Made by a program: the position numbers and the translations under genes
Part shown: piece by piece, positions 41,900 to 55,546 of the stretch
How the letters are laid out: the number at the start of each line of letters is the position of its first letter
How positions within the stretch are numbered: the first letter of the stretch is position 1
NCBI GenBank assembly: GCA_951406725.2
Contig: OX597829.1
Location: 15,810,001-15,874,000, forward strand
From: Octopus vulgaris
Lineage: Eukaryota
Direction of reading: 5' to 3'
Length of the DNA: 64,000 nt
Notes under the pieces: model-generated
The model's database searches: none
What the model was told of the DNA's origin: nothing
What the model saw: only the letters and a program-made list of their open reading frames with translations

Positions 41900-42470
41900 T
41901 TTTCATTTAAACATGACAAACTTCTCTGTTAAGCTAAATTTTACAACGCAATTTCTTGAGAAGGAAGCTGTGCTTATATGGAAATGTAAGTCCTAAAATA
42001 TATCTTTTTAAATTTTAACGCAACGGAACTTTTATTTATTTGTTTTTCAAAAAACAAACATTCTTGTACAATCTGGTGGTGAAACTTATTTCCGGGTGAT
42101 TGAATAAATGAACGAGCAAACAAAAAAGATACTTGAATTTCTTTCCATTGAAAAGATTTGGGCACATTGCTATTGTACTTTGTCACAATATACTAAAGAT
42201 TTCAAAAGGCAATTACCGTTGAGACGGCAATTGTTTGGAACAATACAGTCACATGTAAAAGTGACAATATAATCGACGGCAGAAATCGATTTTGAATTGT
42301 AATAGCTAGCAAGACTTCTACTGTAAGAATAGTTTACCTTAAAAGAATTTGTATTAAAGATCTCAGTGTTTACCATTGGCAGAAAATGAAAACAAGTTAA
42401 ATTAACAAATCTTCGACAATATTTCTTCTTACTTTCAATTAAAACTTGAATCATACCGATTTAGTTCTAA
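41900..42470 (-). pseudogene. Old PLE remnant (linker/GIY-YIG region)
   Basis: EIFNTNSFKVNYSYSRSL..TCDCIVPNNCRLNGNCLLKSLVY resembles the PLE KIFNRN..K.SYSC..CNC....CPL.G.CL..N.VY motif. Confidence 0.55.
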
Positions 42471-43159
42471 TATACATCATGTGGGCGGGTGTGTGTATGT
42501 TTCATTTCCCCTATTCATATTTATATCTTCTTTCTTACCTTTTTAATAATAGTCAAACAATAAAGTCCTTTTATTCGATTTTATCCAATCAACGCTTGCC
42601 ATCGTAATCAACTATCTCCCATCTATGCGTATTAGGGACATTTTTAAAACCAAAAGAAATATTTTCTGAGATTTTCGGATCTTATCAAATAACAGTTACC
42701 AAACATGGAGAAAAAAAAAGATTTTTATTGCGAAAAAGAACAACTGATTTATTACAGAGTTGGACAAAAATTTAATAAAATTATCATCATCCTTGTTCAG
42801 TTCACTGTTGGATTAATATCTCAGTATGTTCCCTCTGCTAACCACGGGCTACTGTTTTCCTCATCCATATTTGGGTGCTGAAGAATTTAACAAAGTTTTC
42901 ATTCCAGCATCTGAATTGTCTCCCCTTCTTTTTTCTGGACGTGGAGTTCATTCTTTCAATTTGGTATTCCATCTATTATCCTTTCTTCTAAACACGTCCT
43001 ATGAAAGATCATACCACAGATTATATCCGTTAAATCTGTTGCCATTCTTATCTTTCTTTACTTATCCATTTTGTTAATCTTCAGCATTCTGTTTTCCGTG
43101 GTTCAAAATTAATATTAAGGAAGTGAAGATAACCTCCAACCACAGCTGGAAATGTAATA

Positions 43160-43390
43160 ATGCATGATAAAATAGTTGAACGTGTAAACCAATAAACCTA
43201 TTTTGGACAAATAATCTGCTCAAAGGAAAAAATCAGACCAAAGAAATTGAACGATGAATGTAATTGTGATCGATAGACTTTTGTAAAATTGAATCACACC
43301 ATGTGTAGCAATTTGCCGATGTGTCTAAAAATAAAGGTCTTTGACCTGTGTGTGCTACCTACTATAACGTACCCATCAGGAACAAGTGCA
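43160..43390 (+). pseudogene. Degenerate RTE-clade LINE RT/thumb remnant
   Basis: IVERVNQ*TYFGQII..KEIER..SNLPMCLKIKVFDLCVLPTITYPSGT resembles RTE Y.YLGQ..EI.RR..LK.KVF..CVLP..TYG.ETW. Confidence 0.62.
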
Positions 43391-43874
43391 GGGAAAATAA
43401 TAAAATTATAATTTGATTAAAAAAATATAACAGTTCACCCTGTTAGTAATATCATGTGACAGATTTTACTATAATCTTGTACAACCTGTTACAGGGACAG
43501 ATCTTCGGCGAATAAACCACCACAGCTACCAGGCTGATCAGGGGAATAGTGTTAGCGAAGAGTAAATATTTTCAAAGAAGGGACTTTATTGTACTCCTTT
43601 AACCAGCATTATACCAATTACCGAACCTCCATTTCTTTCAATTTTAACTCAAATTATAATTTATGTATATATTTTGTGTAGAACGACAATATGATCAATT
43701 ATGGAAATATTTTGCCATTATCATTATCCGATCAGAGCTTGTCTAGTCTCTTTCTGTCCCCTTTTAAAATCTGTTTTATGTTTTATTGTTAACTGCTGTT
43801 CTAAGAACAGAAACGAGAAACATACAATAGCAATTTATAATGTTTCAACTTCCAATAAAAGAAAATGTATTTTA

Positions 43875-43937
<63 letters not shown>

Positions 43938-44431
43938 ACCCCAAGGAAAAACTAAGCTAAGAGCATTAGATTCCTTGGAAGAAAGCAGCGAATGTATACG
44001 AAAACAAGGATGGGGAAAAAACGGAGAATGTTACACAAATACCAATAGCAGGACATAACAACAGGTATCTTTCGACTAAGGACGAGGTAAATTAAGCTGG
44101 CATGTGTGGAAGTGAAGCGTTACGGCAGGGATATAAGGTTTCACAGGCACAGGGAAGAACATAGATGTTGCACGGACGACGGCCGCACCAAGAAAGAAAG
44201 ATCAGGCTTGGCCGAACACCGGTCACGTGGAGAAAGAAGAGAGAGGGGTAGACGCAGAGGAACAGAAGAATTAAGGAGGAGCGAGAAAAAATGACAGGGA
44301 CACAGTGAAGTAAAAAGAGGAGGGAAAGTGAGCAAGAAAAGAAGGCGTATATATTATAATGCATATATATATATATGCATATATATAAGTACATATATAT
44401 ACCTATAACTAACATTTATATATATATATAT

Positions 44432-44519
<88 letters not shown>

Positions 44520-44839
44520 TAATATATATTATATAGGATGACTTGCCTGTTTAATCTCAATACGTTCAGACGGATCCCAACATGAATAACTCCCCCATTC
44601 AGGCGAATGTGTATTCATAACACTGAATTCGTGAGCGTAAAGGGACTGTTGGTTACCCGATGGCTCGATATTGTTGTGTCTCGTCAGTCAAAAGCCCCTC
44701 AAACTAGTGAATCTAATACAAATATGTTATCATGCCAGAGCATATTAAAATTTATATGTAATTCATCGTGTAGATTTTCGATGTTCACCGTACACGTGAT
44801 GATTTATTACCGGTTATCAAATATCAGAACGTACCAGCA

Positions 44840-44942
<103 letters not shown>

Positions 44943-44986
44943 GCATACATATATATATAAAAGTATTTGTGCATATGTTTATTTAC

Positions 44987-45031
<45 letters not shown>

Positions 45032-45301
45032 TAGACATTCATACATGGGCATATATATATATATATGTATATAAGTTATGCATATATATATGTATATATA
45101 TATGGATATATATGTATATATATATGTATATATATATATGTATATACATGTATATATATATATATGCATATATATGTGTATATATATACAAATATATAAG
45201 TGCATATATGTTTGTATGTATATATACTTATGTACGTATATATGTATATATATTCATATGCATTCAAACATGGGCATATATATAGGTATACATGTATATG
45301 C

Positions 45302-45347
<46 letters not shown>

Positions 45348-45387
45348 ATACATTTTAAATTTATATACACATACATATTTTATACGT

Positions 45388-45420
<33 letters not shown>

Positions 45421-46197
45421 ATAGACAGAGTGGGAGGAAAGATACACATACAGGAAAAAGGCTAGAAAATAGATACATACATATATGTATGTATGTATTT
45501 ATATATGTACGTATGTATATATACGTGTGTGCATGTATGTATGTGTATGTATGTATGTTTAGAGAGAGACTTAAAGAGAGGAAAAGAAACAGAGAGAATA
45601 ATTAGAAAGACAGAGATGAAAGTAAATACTAAGAAGTCGATTTTGAATGAATCAAAGCAATAGATAAATTAGTTTAATCTAAAGTGATAACAAATCATAA
45701 AGGTGATGACACATCACATTCATTCCAATGACAGTGAGAAAACTATTTAACATTTTCTTTGAATATCGATAATGCGACATTCCAAGGTGTTTCTCATTTG
45801 AAAGGTCCTCTACAATGCTTTGCAAAAGACCCCAGGTCAGATTCTACGGCTCATCTTCACACATCTTTAAAGGTTAAATAATACAATTATTTTTTTTTTT
45901 TTCTTTCAATATAGTTAATAAAGTGGTGTTTGTTTCTAACACAGTTCAGTATTTTATTAATTTCTTGTGAAATAAAAACATTAATGAATTATAGAAAGAA
46001 TAGAAAGACATACAAAAGATAGAAAGGAATAAAGAGTTTTCAACGGGGGAATTGTAAAATTTACACAAAGCAGCGCAACAACAAATGGAAGTCAAAACAC
46101 AAAACTCTACTAAAATTCAAACCTAAACAAAGATTTTTATTAAAGAAATAGCAACGGATTTAAGTGTAAAGGCATATGGCAATATTTGTCCGTTGAT

Positions 46198-49100
46198 ATG
46201 GTGTGTAATGTATGGTAGTGTTGGTGTGGTGCAAGGTAGAGTTGGTGAGGTGTAGGGTAGTGTTGGTTTGGTGTATGGTATTCTTGGTGTAGTGTATGGT
46301 TGTGTTGGTGTGGTGTAGGGTAGAGTTGGTTTGGTGTATTGTAGTGTTGGTTTACTGTTTGATAGTGTTGGTGTGGTGTATGGTACTGTTAGTGTGGTGT
46401 ATGTTAGTTTGGTGTGGTGTATGGTAGTTAGTTAGTTAATTTTTTGGCTCAAAAAGCAAAAAGCAAGGCCATGTAGGGGGACATGGAGTTATGTACAGGG
46501 AGGGTGTTCATGCAAAGAGTTCAGGCCATTTCTGGTCAAGAGAGAATTTGAACCGAGCGGTCGTCGGCATCTTCACCATTTCGTCCGGCAGCTTATTCCA
46601 CGGATCCGCAGCCCGGACGAAGAAAGCCCCTCTCCTTCGATTGAGATGAAATCGTCGCAGATAGAGCTTTTCGGAATGACCACGCAACCGACGCTCTGGA
46701 GCAGGAGTGAAGAACACCTCTTTCGAGAGGTTACACTTTCCGCTTATGATGTTGTGAGCAAGAATGAGATCACCACGGCGTCGTCGTTTTTCAAGAGAAA
46801 AAAGGTCGAGCGTCTTCAGCCTTTCTTCATAAGACAAATTCTTGAGACCAAGAACAATGCGGGTAGCCAGCTTCTGGACTCTTTCGAGATGCTGTATGTC
46901 TTTGAGGAGATAAGGAGAAGAGGCTTGAATCCCGTACTCCAATAAGGGTCTCACCAGCGTGACATAGAGCGGTAGGAATATGGCTGCTGTGAGCATAGTG
47001 TAGGTATGATGTATGGTAGTGTTGGTGTGGTGTATGGTAGTGTTGGTGTGGTGTATGGTACTGTTAGTGTGGTGTATGGTAGTGTTGGTGTGGTGCATGG
47101 TACTGTTAGTGTGGTATATGGTAGTGTTGGTGTTGTGTATGGTACTGTTAGTGTGATGTATGGTAGTGTTGGTGTGGTGTATGGTAGTGTTGGTTTGGTG
47201 TATGGTACTGTTAGTGTGGTATATGGTAGTGTTGGTGTTGTGTATGGTACTGTTAGTGTGGTGTATGGTAGTGTTGGTGTGGTTTATGGTAGTGTTGGTG
47301 TGGTGTATGGTACTGTTAGTGTGGTGTATGGTACTGTTAGTGTGGTATATGTTAGTGTTGGTGTGGTGTATGGTACTGTTAGTGTGGTGTATGGTAGTGT
47401 TGGTGTGGTGTATGGTAGTGTAGGTGTGTGTATGGTAGTGTAGGTGTGTGTATGGTAGTGTAGGTGTGGTGTATGGTAGTGTTCGTGTAGTGTATGGTAG
47501 TGTTGGTGCAGTGTATGGTAGTGCTGGTGTGGTGTATGGTAGTGTAGGTGTGGTGTATAGTAGTGTTGGTGTGGTGTATGGTAGTGTAGGTGTGGTGCAT
47601 GGTAGTGTTGGTGAGGTGTATGGTAGTGCTGGTGTGGTGTATGGTAGTGTTGGTGTGGTGTATGGTAGTGTTGGTGTGGTGTATGGTAGTGTTGGTGTGG
47701 TGTATGGTAGTGTTGGTGTGGTGTATGGTAGTGTAGGTGTGGTGCATGGTAGTGTTGGTGTGGTGTATGGTAGTGTTGGTGTGGTGTATAGTAGTGTTGG
47801 TGTGGTGTATGGTAGTGTTGGTGTGGTGTATGGTAGTGCTGGTGTGGTGTATGGTAGTGTTGGTGTGGTGTATAGTAGTGTTGGTGTGGTGTATGGTAGT
47901 GTAGGTGTGGTGCATGGTAGTGTTGGTGAGGTGTATGGTAGTGTATATGTGGTGTATGGTAGTGTTGGTGTGGTGTATGGTAGTGTTGGTGTAGTGTATG
48001 GTAGTGTTAGGGTGGTGTATAGTAGTGTATATGTGGTGTATGGTAGTGTAGGTGTGGTATATGGTAGTGTTGGTGTGGTGTATGGTAGTGTAGGTGTGGT
48101 GTATGGTAGTGTTGGTGTGGTGTATGGTAGTGTTGGTGTGGTGTATGGTAGTGTAGGTGTGGTGTATGGTAGTGTTGGTGTGGTGTATGGTAGTGTTGGT
48201 GTGGTGTATGGTAGTGTTGGTGTGGTGTATGGTAGTGTTGGTGTGGTGTATGGTAGTGTTAGGTGTGGTGTATGGTAGTGTAGGTGTGGTGTATGGTAGT
48301 GTTGGTGTGGTGTATGGTAGTGTTGGTGTGGTGTATGGTAGTGTTAGTGTGGTGTATGGTAGTGTTGGTGTGGTGTATGGTAGTGTTAGTGTGGTATATG
48401 GTAGTGTTGGTGTGGTGTATGGTAGTGTTGGTGTGGTGTATGGTAGTGTTGGTGTGGTTTATGGTAGTGTTGGTGTGGTGTATGGTAGTGTTGGTGTGGT
48501 GTATGGTAGTGTTGGTGTGGTGTATGGTACTGTTAGTGTGGTATATGGTAGTGTTGGTGTGGTGTATGGTACTGTTAGTGTGGTGTATGGTAGTGTTGGT
48601 GTGGTGTATGGTAGTGTTGGTGTGGTGTATGGTAGTGTTGGTGTGGTGTATGGTAGTGTTGGTGTGGTGTATGGTAGTGTTGGTGTGGTGTATGGTAGTG
48701 TTGGTGTGGTGTATGGTAGTGTTGGTGTGGTGTATGGTAGTGTTGGTGTGGTGTATGGTACTGTTAGTGTGGTGTATGGTAGTGTTGGTGTTGTGTATGG
48801 TACTGTTAGTGTGGTGTATGGTAGTGTTGGTGTGGTGTATGGTAGTGTTGGTGTGGTGTATGGTAGTGTTGGTGTGGTGTATGGTAGTGTTAGTGTGGTG
48901 TATAGTAGTGTTGGTGTGGTGTATGGTAGTGTAGGTGTGGTGCATGGTAGTGTTGGTGTGGTGTATGGTAGTGTTGGTGTGGTGTATGGTAGTGTTGGTG
49001 TGGTGTATGGTAGTGTTGGTGTGGTGTATGGTAGTGTAGGTGTGGTGTATGGTAGTGTTGGTGTGGTGTATGGTAGTGTTGGTGTGGTGTATGGTAGTGT

Positions 49101-50413
49101 AGGTGTGGTGCATGGTAGTGTTGGTGAGGTGTATGGTAGTGTATATGTGGTGTATGGTAGTGTTGGTGTGGTGTATGGTAGTGTTGGTGTAGTGTATGGT
49201 AGTGTTGGGGTGGTGTATAGTAGTGTATATGTGGTGTATGGTAGTGTAGGTGTGGTATATGGTAGTGTTGGTGTGGTGTATGGTAGTGTAGGTGTGGTGT
49301 ATGGTAGTGTTGGTGTGGTGTATGGTAGTGTTGGTGTGGTGTATGGTAGTGTAGGTGTGGTGTATAGTAGTGTTGGTGTGGTGTATGGTAGTGTAGGTGT
49401 GGTGTATGGTAGTGTAGGTGTGATGTATGGTAGTGTAGGTGTGGTGTATGGTAGTGTAGGTGTGGTGTATGGAAGTATTGGTGTGGTGTATGGTAGTGTT
49501 GGTGTGGTGTATGGTAGTGTTGGTGTGGTGTATGGTAGTGTTGGTGTGGTGTATGGTAGTGTAGGTGTGTGTGGTGTATGGTAGTGTTGGTGTGGTGTTA
49601 TGGTAGTGTTGGTGTGGTGTATGGTAGTGTTGGTGTGGTGTGGTAGTGTATGGTAGTGTTGGTGTGGTGTATGGTAGTGTTGGTGTGGTGTATGGTAGTG
49701 TTGGTGTGGTGTATGGTAGTGTTGGTGTGGTGTATGGTAGTGTTGGTGTGGTGTATGGTAGTGTTGGTGTGGTGTATGGTAGTGTTGGTTTGGTGTATGG
49801 TAGTGTTGGTGTGGTGTATGGTAGTGTTGGTGTGGTGTATGGTAGTGTTGGTGTGGTGTATGGTAGTGTTGGTGTGGTGTATGGTAGTGTTGGTGTGGTG
49901 TATGGTAGTGTTGGTTTGGTGTATGGTAGTGTTGGTGTGGTGTATGGTAGTGTTGGTGTGGTGTATGGTTGTGTTGGTGTGGTGTATGGTAGTGTTGGTG
50001 TGGTGTATGGTAGTGTTGGTGTGGTGTATGGTAGTGTAGGTGTGGTGTATGGTAGTGTTGGTTTGGTGTATGGTAGTGTTGGTGTGGTGTATGGTAGTGT
50101 TGGTGTGGTGTATGGTAGTGTTGGTGTGGTGTATGGTAGTGTTGGTGTGGTGTATGGTAGAGTTGGTGTGGTGTATGGTAGTGTTGGTTTGGTGTATGGT
50201 AGTGTTGGTGTGGTGTATGGTAGTGTTGGTGTGGTGTATGGTTGTGTTGGTGTGGTGTATGGTAGTGTTGGTTTGGTGTATGGTAGTGTTGGTGTGGTGT
50301 ATGGTAGTGTTGGTGTGGTGTATGTTAGTGTTGGTGTGGTGTATGTTAGTGTTTTTGTGGTGTATGGTAGTGTTGGTGTGGTGTATGTTAGTGTTTTTGT
50401 GGTGTATGATAGT
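46198..50413. repeat. 21-bp minisatellite array (GGTGTGGTGTATGGTAGTGTT)n, roughly 170 units, interrupted by a LINE
   Basis: Directly visible; degenerate at both ends; isolated unit near 50690-50714. Confidence 0.97.
46427..46996 (-). mobile_element. 5'-truncated CR1-like LINE inserted in the minisatellite
   Basis: LYVTLVRPLLEYG..HLERVQKLATR..SYEERLKTLDLFSLEKRRRRGDLI..LRGHSEKL..WNKLP; short 3' UTR and (TAAC)n tail. Confidence 0.9.
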
Positions 50414-51394
50414 GCTTGTGAAGAAAACTTAAGTCGGACACAATTTTCACTATATTTCTTTAGTCCCTTTCTTTCTACTCCTGACCAAATCATTTAATCT
50501 AGACATTAATTTTGATTTCGGCAATTGTTTAATATTCATCAAAAATGTTTACAAATAAGTTTGGCGTTGTACTGATTGCTCTGATGCTGCAAAACTACTG
50601 CTAGTGGACAATGTCTCAGCAGTAATGGAAAATTTTTGGCAACAATTTTTCATGCCCATTCACGATGATAACTCATCTTTTATCGCCTTGTGGTGTATGG
50701 TAGTGTTGGTGTGGTCGACAAATTTGCTTTACTTAAAGCAACTGCTGCACAGCTAAGGGGTCACGACGTCCACAGTCTATTTCAATCTAAGTTAGTTTGA
50801 TCCTTGACGAAAACCTTGCTGTTCTCTCGGGTTTCGTCTTACTATATATGAAACAGACTTCAGCTAAAATAGGATTCTCTCTTATTCCCCAATAATCCTG
50901 TTGAGCTAATTTATATCAGCTTCGTAATATAATGATACAAGACTGAAGATAAAGAGATGCATATCATATGCTATTGAGGTAGCTATTCTCTCCGAGTTCG
51001 TAAGAGATGGGATTATTGCTCAGTACAATTATTCTCAGTGCAGTAATATTTCATAAGAAAACATGCGTGCTCTTTCGTTCTACTCAAGAGACATCTGTTT
51101 CCAAATCACTTATAATTGGTAATGACAATAAAAACCACCGATAAACACCGAGAATTTGTGGACTGCCTCTACTGAAATCATGTTTTGCTTGTGACCAGTT
51201 TTACACGAAATGCTCAAGACTACTATGTCTATGTGTGGCTAAGCTTGGCTTCATGCTCTTACTTGATGGGGTGGGGTCATTCCAAATTGATGATCTCAGA
51301 GGCGTCGTCATGCGTAGAGCCGACCAAGTTCACAAGTGCTCTCCATTACTGGTGATCCCCTACCAGTCCCTTTGCATCCCTCTATATTTATGTG

Positions 51395-51903
51395 TGGATG
51401 CGCAATGGCCCAGTGGTTAGGGCAGCAGACTCGCGGTCGTAGGATCGCGGTTTCGATTCCCAGACCGGGCGTTGTGAGTGTTTATTGAGCGAAAGCACCT
51501 AGAGCTCCACGAGGCTCTGGCATGGGGTAGTGGTGAACCCTGCTGTACTCTTTCACCACAACTTTCTCTCACTCTTTCTTCCTGTTTCTGTTGTACCTGT
51601 AATTCAAAGGGCTAGCCTTGTCACACTCTGTGTCACGCTGAATCTCCCCGAGAACTACGTTAAGGGTACACGTGTCTGTGGAATGCTCAGCCACTTGCAC
51701 GTTAATAAATGAGCTGCGACGTCACTGGTGCCAAGCTGTATCAGTCTTTGCTTTTCCCTTGGATAACATCGGTGGAATGGAGAGGGGAGGCTGGAATGCA
51801 TGGGCGACTGCCGGTCTTCCATAAACAACCTTGCCCTGACTTGTACCTCGGAGGCTAACTTTCTAGGTGCAATTCCATGATCATTCATGACCGAAAGAGG
51901 TCA
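51395..51903 (+). mobile_element. tRNA-derived SINE, group S3 (head A + middle module + tail shared with 54858-55195)
   Basis: TGGCCCAGTGGTTAGGGCAG..GTTTCGATTCCC; tail GCGACGTCACTGG..TCATGACCGAA. Confidence 0.87.
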
Positions 51904-52569
51904 CAATATTTATGTACTGGCTAGTAAAACCTAAAACATTATTTCGTTATGTATTGCATAAATAAACATATTTTACGATCTATAATAATTTCATGGCGTG
52001 CATTGCATTCACGATATTTGAATGGCTGGAATTGCTTTATTATGGTGTTCACACATTATAAGAATGACATTCAGGAGTAGTTTATTTCTCGGTACTCTAC
52101 GTATTTTTAAATTTCATTTCAGTATTAAAGAATTCCAAGAATAAAAGATGATATATTATAAACAGTAATAATTGTCTTTTGTTTCTCCGAATGAACTAAC
52201 ACTGTTTTTGCATTTCTTAAAACGATGTTTATATTTAATATGTATGAATTAGACATATGACATAAACACAATCAAATAAGGAAATACATCTTTTATATTC
52301 GCAACGTATAAGTATTAGATAACGCTGCATAATGGTTTGTTACAAACATGCAGTAGAACAAATTCCTTTCTTTCATGAAAGACAAATTTTCGAGTGTAAT
52401 CTAATAGAGTTCTATTAAACAGAATATGCCTTCATTAAGAATATTCTGGCATATTTAGAGCTACTTTTCATTCTTAACAACGCTGGATGTTCTACTGATA
52501 TGTGTGTGTGTATTTGTGTGTGATATATTTGTGTCTGTGTGTAACAGTGTGTCTTATTATGTGTGTATG

Positions 52570-52775
52570 TGTGTGTGCGTGCCTCTGTGTGTGTGCGTGC
52601 CTCTGTGTGTGTGCGTGCCTCTGTGTGTGTACCTGCCTCTGTATGTGTGCGTGCCTCTGTGTGTGTGCGTGCCTCTGTGTGTGTGCGTGCCTCTGTGTGT
52701 GTGCGTGCCTCTGTGTGTGTGCGTGCCTCTGTGTGTGTGCGTGCCTCTGTGTGTGTGCGTGCCTCTGTGTGTGTG
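52570..52775. repeat. 18-bp minisatellite (GTGTGTGCGTGCCTCTGT) x about 11
   Basis: Directly visible. Confidence 0.95.
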
Positions 52776-53291
52776 TGTAAATTTGAAAGAACAGAAAGAT
52801 CAGTGATATTTCAATGTTTTCATTCCTACAGCGGTTTCTAAAATTCTTACATCACCTCACATTGTGCAATGCACAACGAACCTTCTAATCAAGGAATCCA
52901 TTTCAAATATGAACAATTTAAATCAATTTTGCTTTTATGGTGGATGAAAGACACAAAATGTAGAAAATAAGAATAAAGAAATAAATAGCAAATATTAATA
53001 TTTGGTCTGGAGGAAAGCGTAAGGAAGAGAGCTGGAAACTACAAACATCACAACAGTAAATCACTTTCTCTACGCATTTGGTTACAGGTGTGCGTATGTC
53101 TGGTGTGTGTGTGTATATGTGTCTGTATATAAGTGTATGTGTCTACGTATCTGTAGCGTGTGTGTGTGTGCGTATGTGTAGTGTGTGTATGTATGTGTGT
53201 GTTTGGAAGGGTTCTGTACACATGTCCTTTCTCACTGTAAAACGTCCTCTTTTAATTTTTTTTCACTGAAACATTTTTAAATGTATTTGTT

Positions 53292-53455
53292 CGTACATTA
53301 TTTACATTATTTACATTTGACAGATATTTGTCTTCATCTTATTTGTTGTTAACACAACGTTTCGGCTGATATACCTCCAGTCTTCATCAGGTGCCTTGGG
53401 GAAATTTCGAACCTGGGTTCTCATTCCTAAGCTACTTTTCGATGTTATTATTATT
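53292..53455 (-). mobile_element. HHR-bearing repeat (local family D); hammerhead at 53351-53395
   Basis: Minus strand GGCAC-CTGATGA-AGACTG..CAGCC-GAAA-CG-TT-GTGTT; inverted homolog of 59579-59750. Confidence 0.8.
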
Positions 53456-53530
53456 GGGCATATGGCGTAGTGGTTAAGAACGCGGGCTACTAATCCCGAG
53501 ATTCCGAGTTCGATTCCAGGCAGTGACCTG
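53456..53530 (+). promoter_or_regulatory. tRNA-like Pol III head (SINE-type) followed by (AAT)n
   Basis: A box TGGCGTAGTGG, anticodon-like hairpin CGGG-CTACTAAT-CCCG, B box GAGTTCGATTCC; no good acceptor stem. Confidence 0.75.
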
Positions 53531-53552
53531 AATAATAATAATAATAATAATG

Positions 53553-53630
<78 letters not shown>

Positions 53631-54228
53631 CAACAACAACAATAATAATAATAATAATAATAAATCTTGGTATAAAAGATGGGTTACAGCAAATATTCTG
53701 CTGAATACCACAGATTTGCTTGTTAGTTGTTTGACCTTAACCAATTGACCATGTCCCTTAGTGGCTGACGATATGTGCATCTGTGATCACGAGCAGAAGT
53801 AGTGGGGGAGCATCATAGCCATGTGTTGAGAGGGATTCTTTGGGGTTTGAATAATTCACCTCTGGAAACATGGGTGGTTCTTTCAACATCCTTAACCAAC
53901 CCTTATTCAGGGACCTTTTGAGCGGGATGGGCTACTCAACATGAAGAAAATTCTAACTGGGCCCCACCTGCAAGGTAATGTGCTGTTTATCTTGATATGA
54001 GATTACCATGTTGCACACATATGGTTGTGATGCATGTGCCTGGTGTACCCTTATCAGACTGATAGTCATGATGGGTATACTGGGCTTCGTATATTTTACC
54101 CCAGTGTCACTGCTCTCTCACTCAATAATAATAATAATGATAACAATTATAATAATAATAATAATAATAACAACAACGACAACAACAACAGCAACAACAA
54201 TAATAACAATAACAATAACAATAACAAC

Positions 54229-54303
<75 letters not shown>

Positions 54304-54857
54304 AAGAAGAAGAAGAAGAAGAAGAAGAAGAAGAAGAAGAAAAAAAGGGGAGGGAAAAAAAAACTCTCTAAAAACATCACGCTTTTCTTTTTGTGGACTT
54401 ACAAAACCCTAAAACTTTCTATGAAAATCTGACTTTTCTTTGCTTCCTCCCTGAATATTCAAATATAAATGTAAACATGTACTTTTTATTGTAAAAACAC
54501 ACCTGTTCTTCTAACTGGACATACAAACATCTCTAGAAAAGTCAACTTCAACCTCCACAAATTACCTTACACGAAATATACAAACACTTTTTTATTGCAA
54601 TAACACAAACGCACATGGAAAAAAAAAATGAGGATGCTAAGATTCTCTCTGGTCGAACACAACTTCTCTATTCACAAACAATACAGAACAGCCCTTCCTT
54701 AATTTTTCTTAAGCCTAATAGTAGTAAACATCTGAACTTTTTTTTGACCGATAGGACCCCACCTAAAAAAAAAAAAATAATAAATAAAAAAATAAATAAA
54801 TAAAAAATAAATAAAAAATATCACTGATGGTGATGATGGTGATGATGATAATAATGA

Positions 54858-55195
54858 TAGCGCATGGCTCAGTGGTTAGAGCGTCGAGCTTACGATCGTG
54901 AGGTTGTGAACTCGAATCCCGGACCGGGCTGCGTGTTGTGTTTTTGAGCAAAACACTTTATTTCACGTTGCTCCAGTTCACTCAGCTGTAGAATTGAGTT
55001 GCGACGTCACTGGTTCCAAGCTGTATCGACCTTTGTCTTTCCCTTGGATAACACTGGTGGCGTGGAGAGGGGAGGCCGGTATGCATGGGCGACTGCTGGT
55101 CTTCCATAAACAACCTTGCCCGGACTTGTGTCTAGGAGGGTAACTTTCTAGGTGCAATCCCATGGTCATTCATGACCGAAGGGGGTCTTTACCCT
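54858..55195 (+). mobile_element. tRNA-derived SINE, group S3 (head B + shared tail)
   Basis: TGGCTCAGTGGTTAGAGC..CTCGAATCCC; tail matches 51710-51903 and a minus-strand fragment at 28590-28700. Confidence 0.87.
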
Positions 55196-55546
55196 TTTTA
55201 ATAGTGCTGATAATCTATCTATCTATCTACACACACACACACTCAAAGAGTTCAACCAACACAAAACCTCACCTCGGCTCTATTGTTAACCAAATATGAA
55301 AGTATTATTTGACAGGCAAGAACTCTGGCATTGAAGACAGTCAGCCAGCCAACCACCAAGCCAGCTAACGAGACAGACAGACACTACTGTGATGGTGATG
55401 ATGATAAAAAATAACAATAATAAGATACTGTGACTACACATAAAACAATATCATTGATGATGATGATGGTGATGATGATAATGATGATGGTAATGGTGGT
55501 GATAATGATGATAGTGATAATAATGGTGATGATAATAACAATAATA

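Noticed and set aside
45797-45841. Possible micro-exon (ttctcatttgaaag|GTCCTC...CCCAG|gtcaga); similar candidates at ~33650-33690 (minus) and ~63700-63742
   Set aside because: Splice-like motifs of this strength arise by chance; no recognisable peptide; RNA-seq would be needed
47006-50497. Long ORFs of 276-744 aa (YGSVGVV, HHTNTTI, TTPTLPY repeats) resembling structural or mucin-like proteins
   Set aside because: By-product of a 21-bp unit. Several frames are open on both strands, indels break frame, there is no signal peptide or unique domain, and a LINE interrupts the array
53456-53530. Functional tRNA gene (anticodon-like ACT)
   Set aside because: No proper acceptor stem or Ser-type variable arm and no oligo-T terminator; better explained as a SINE-type head
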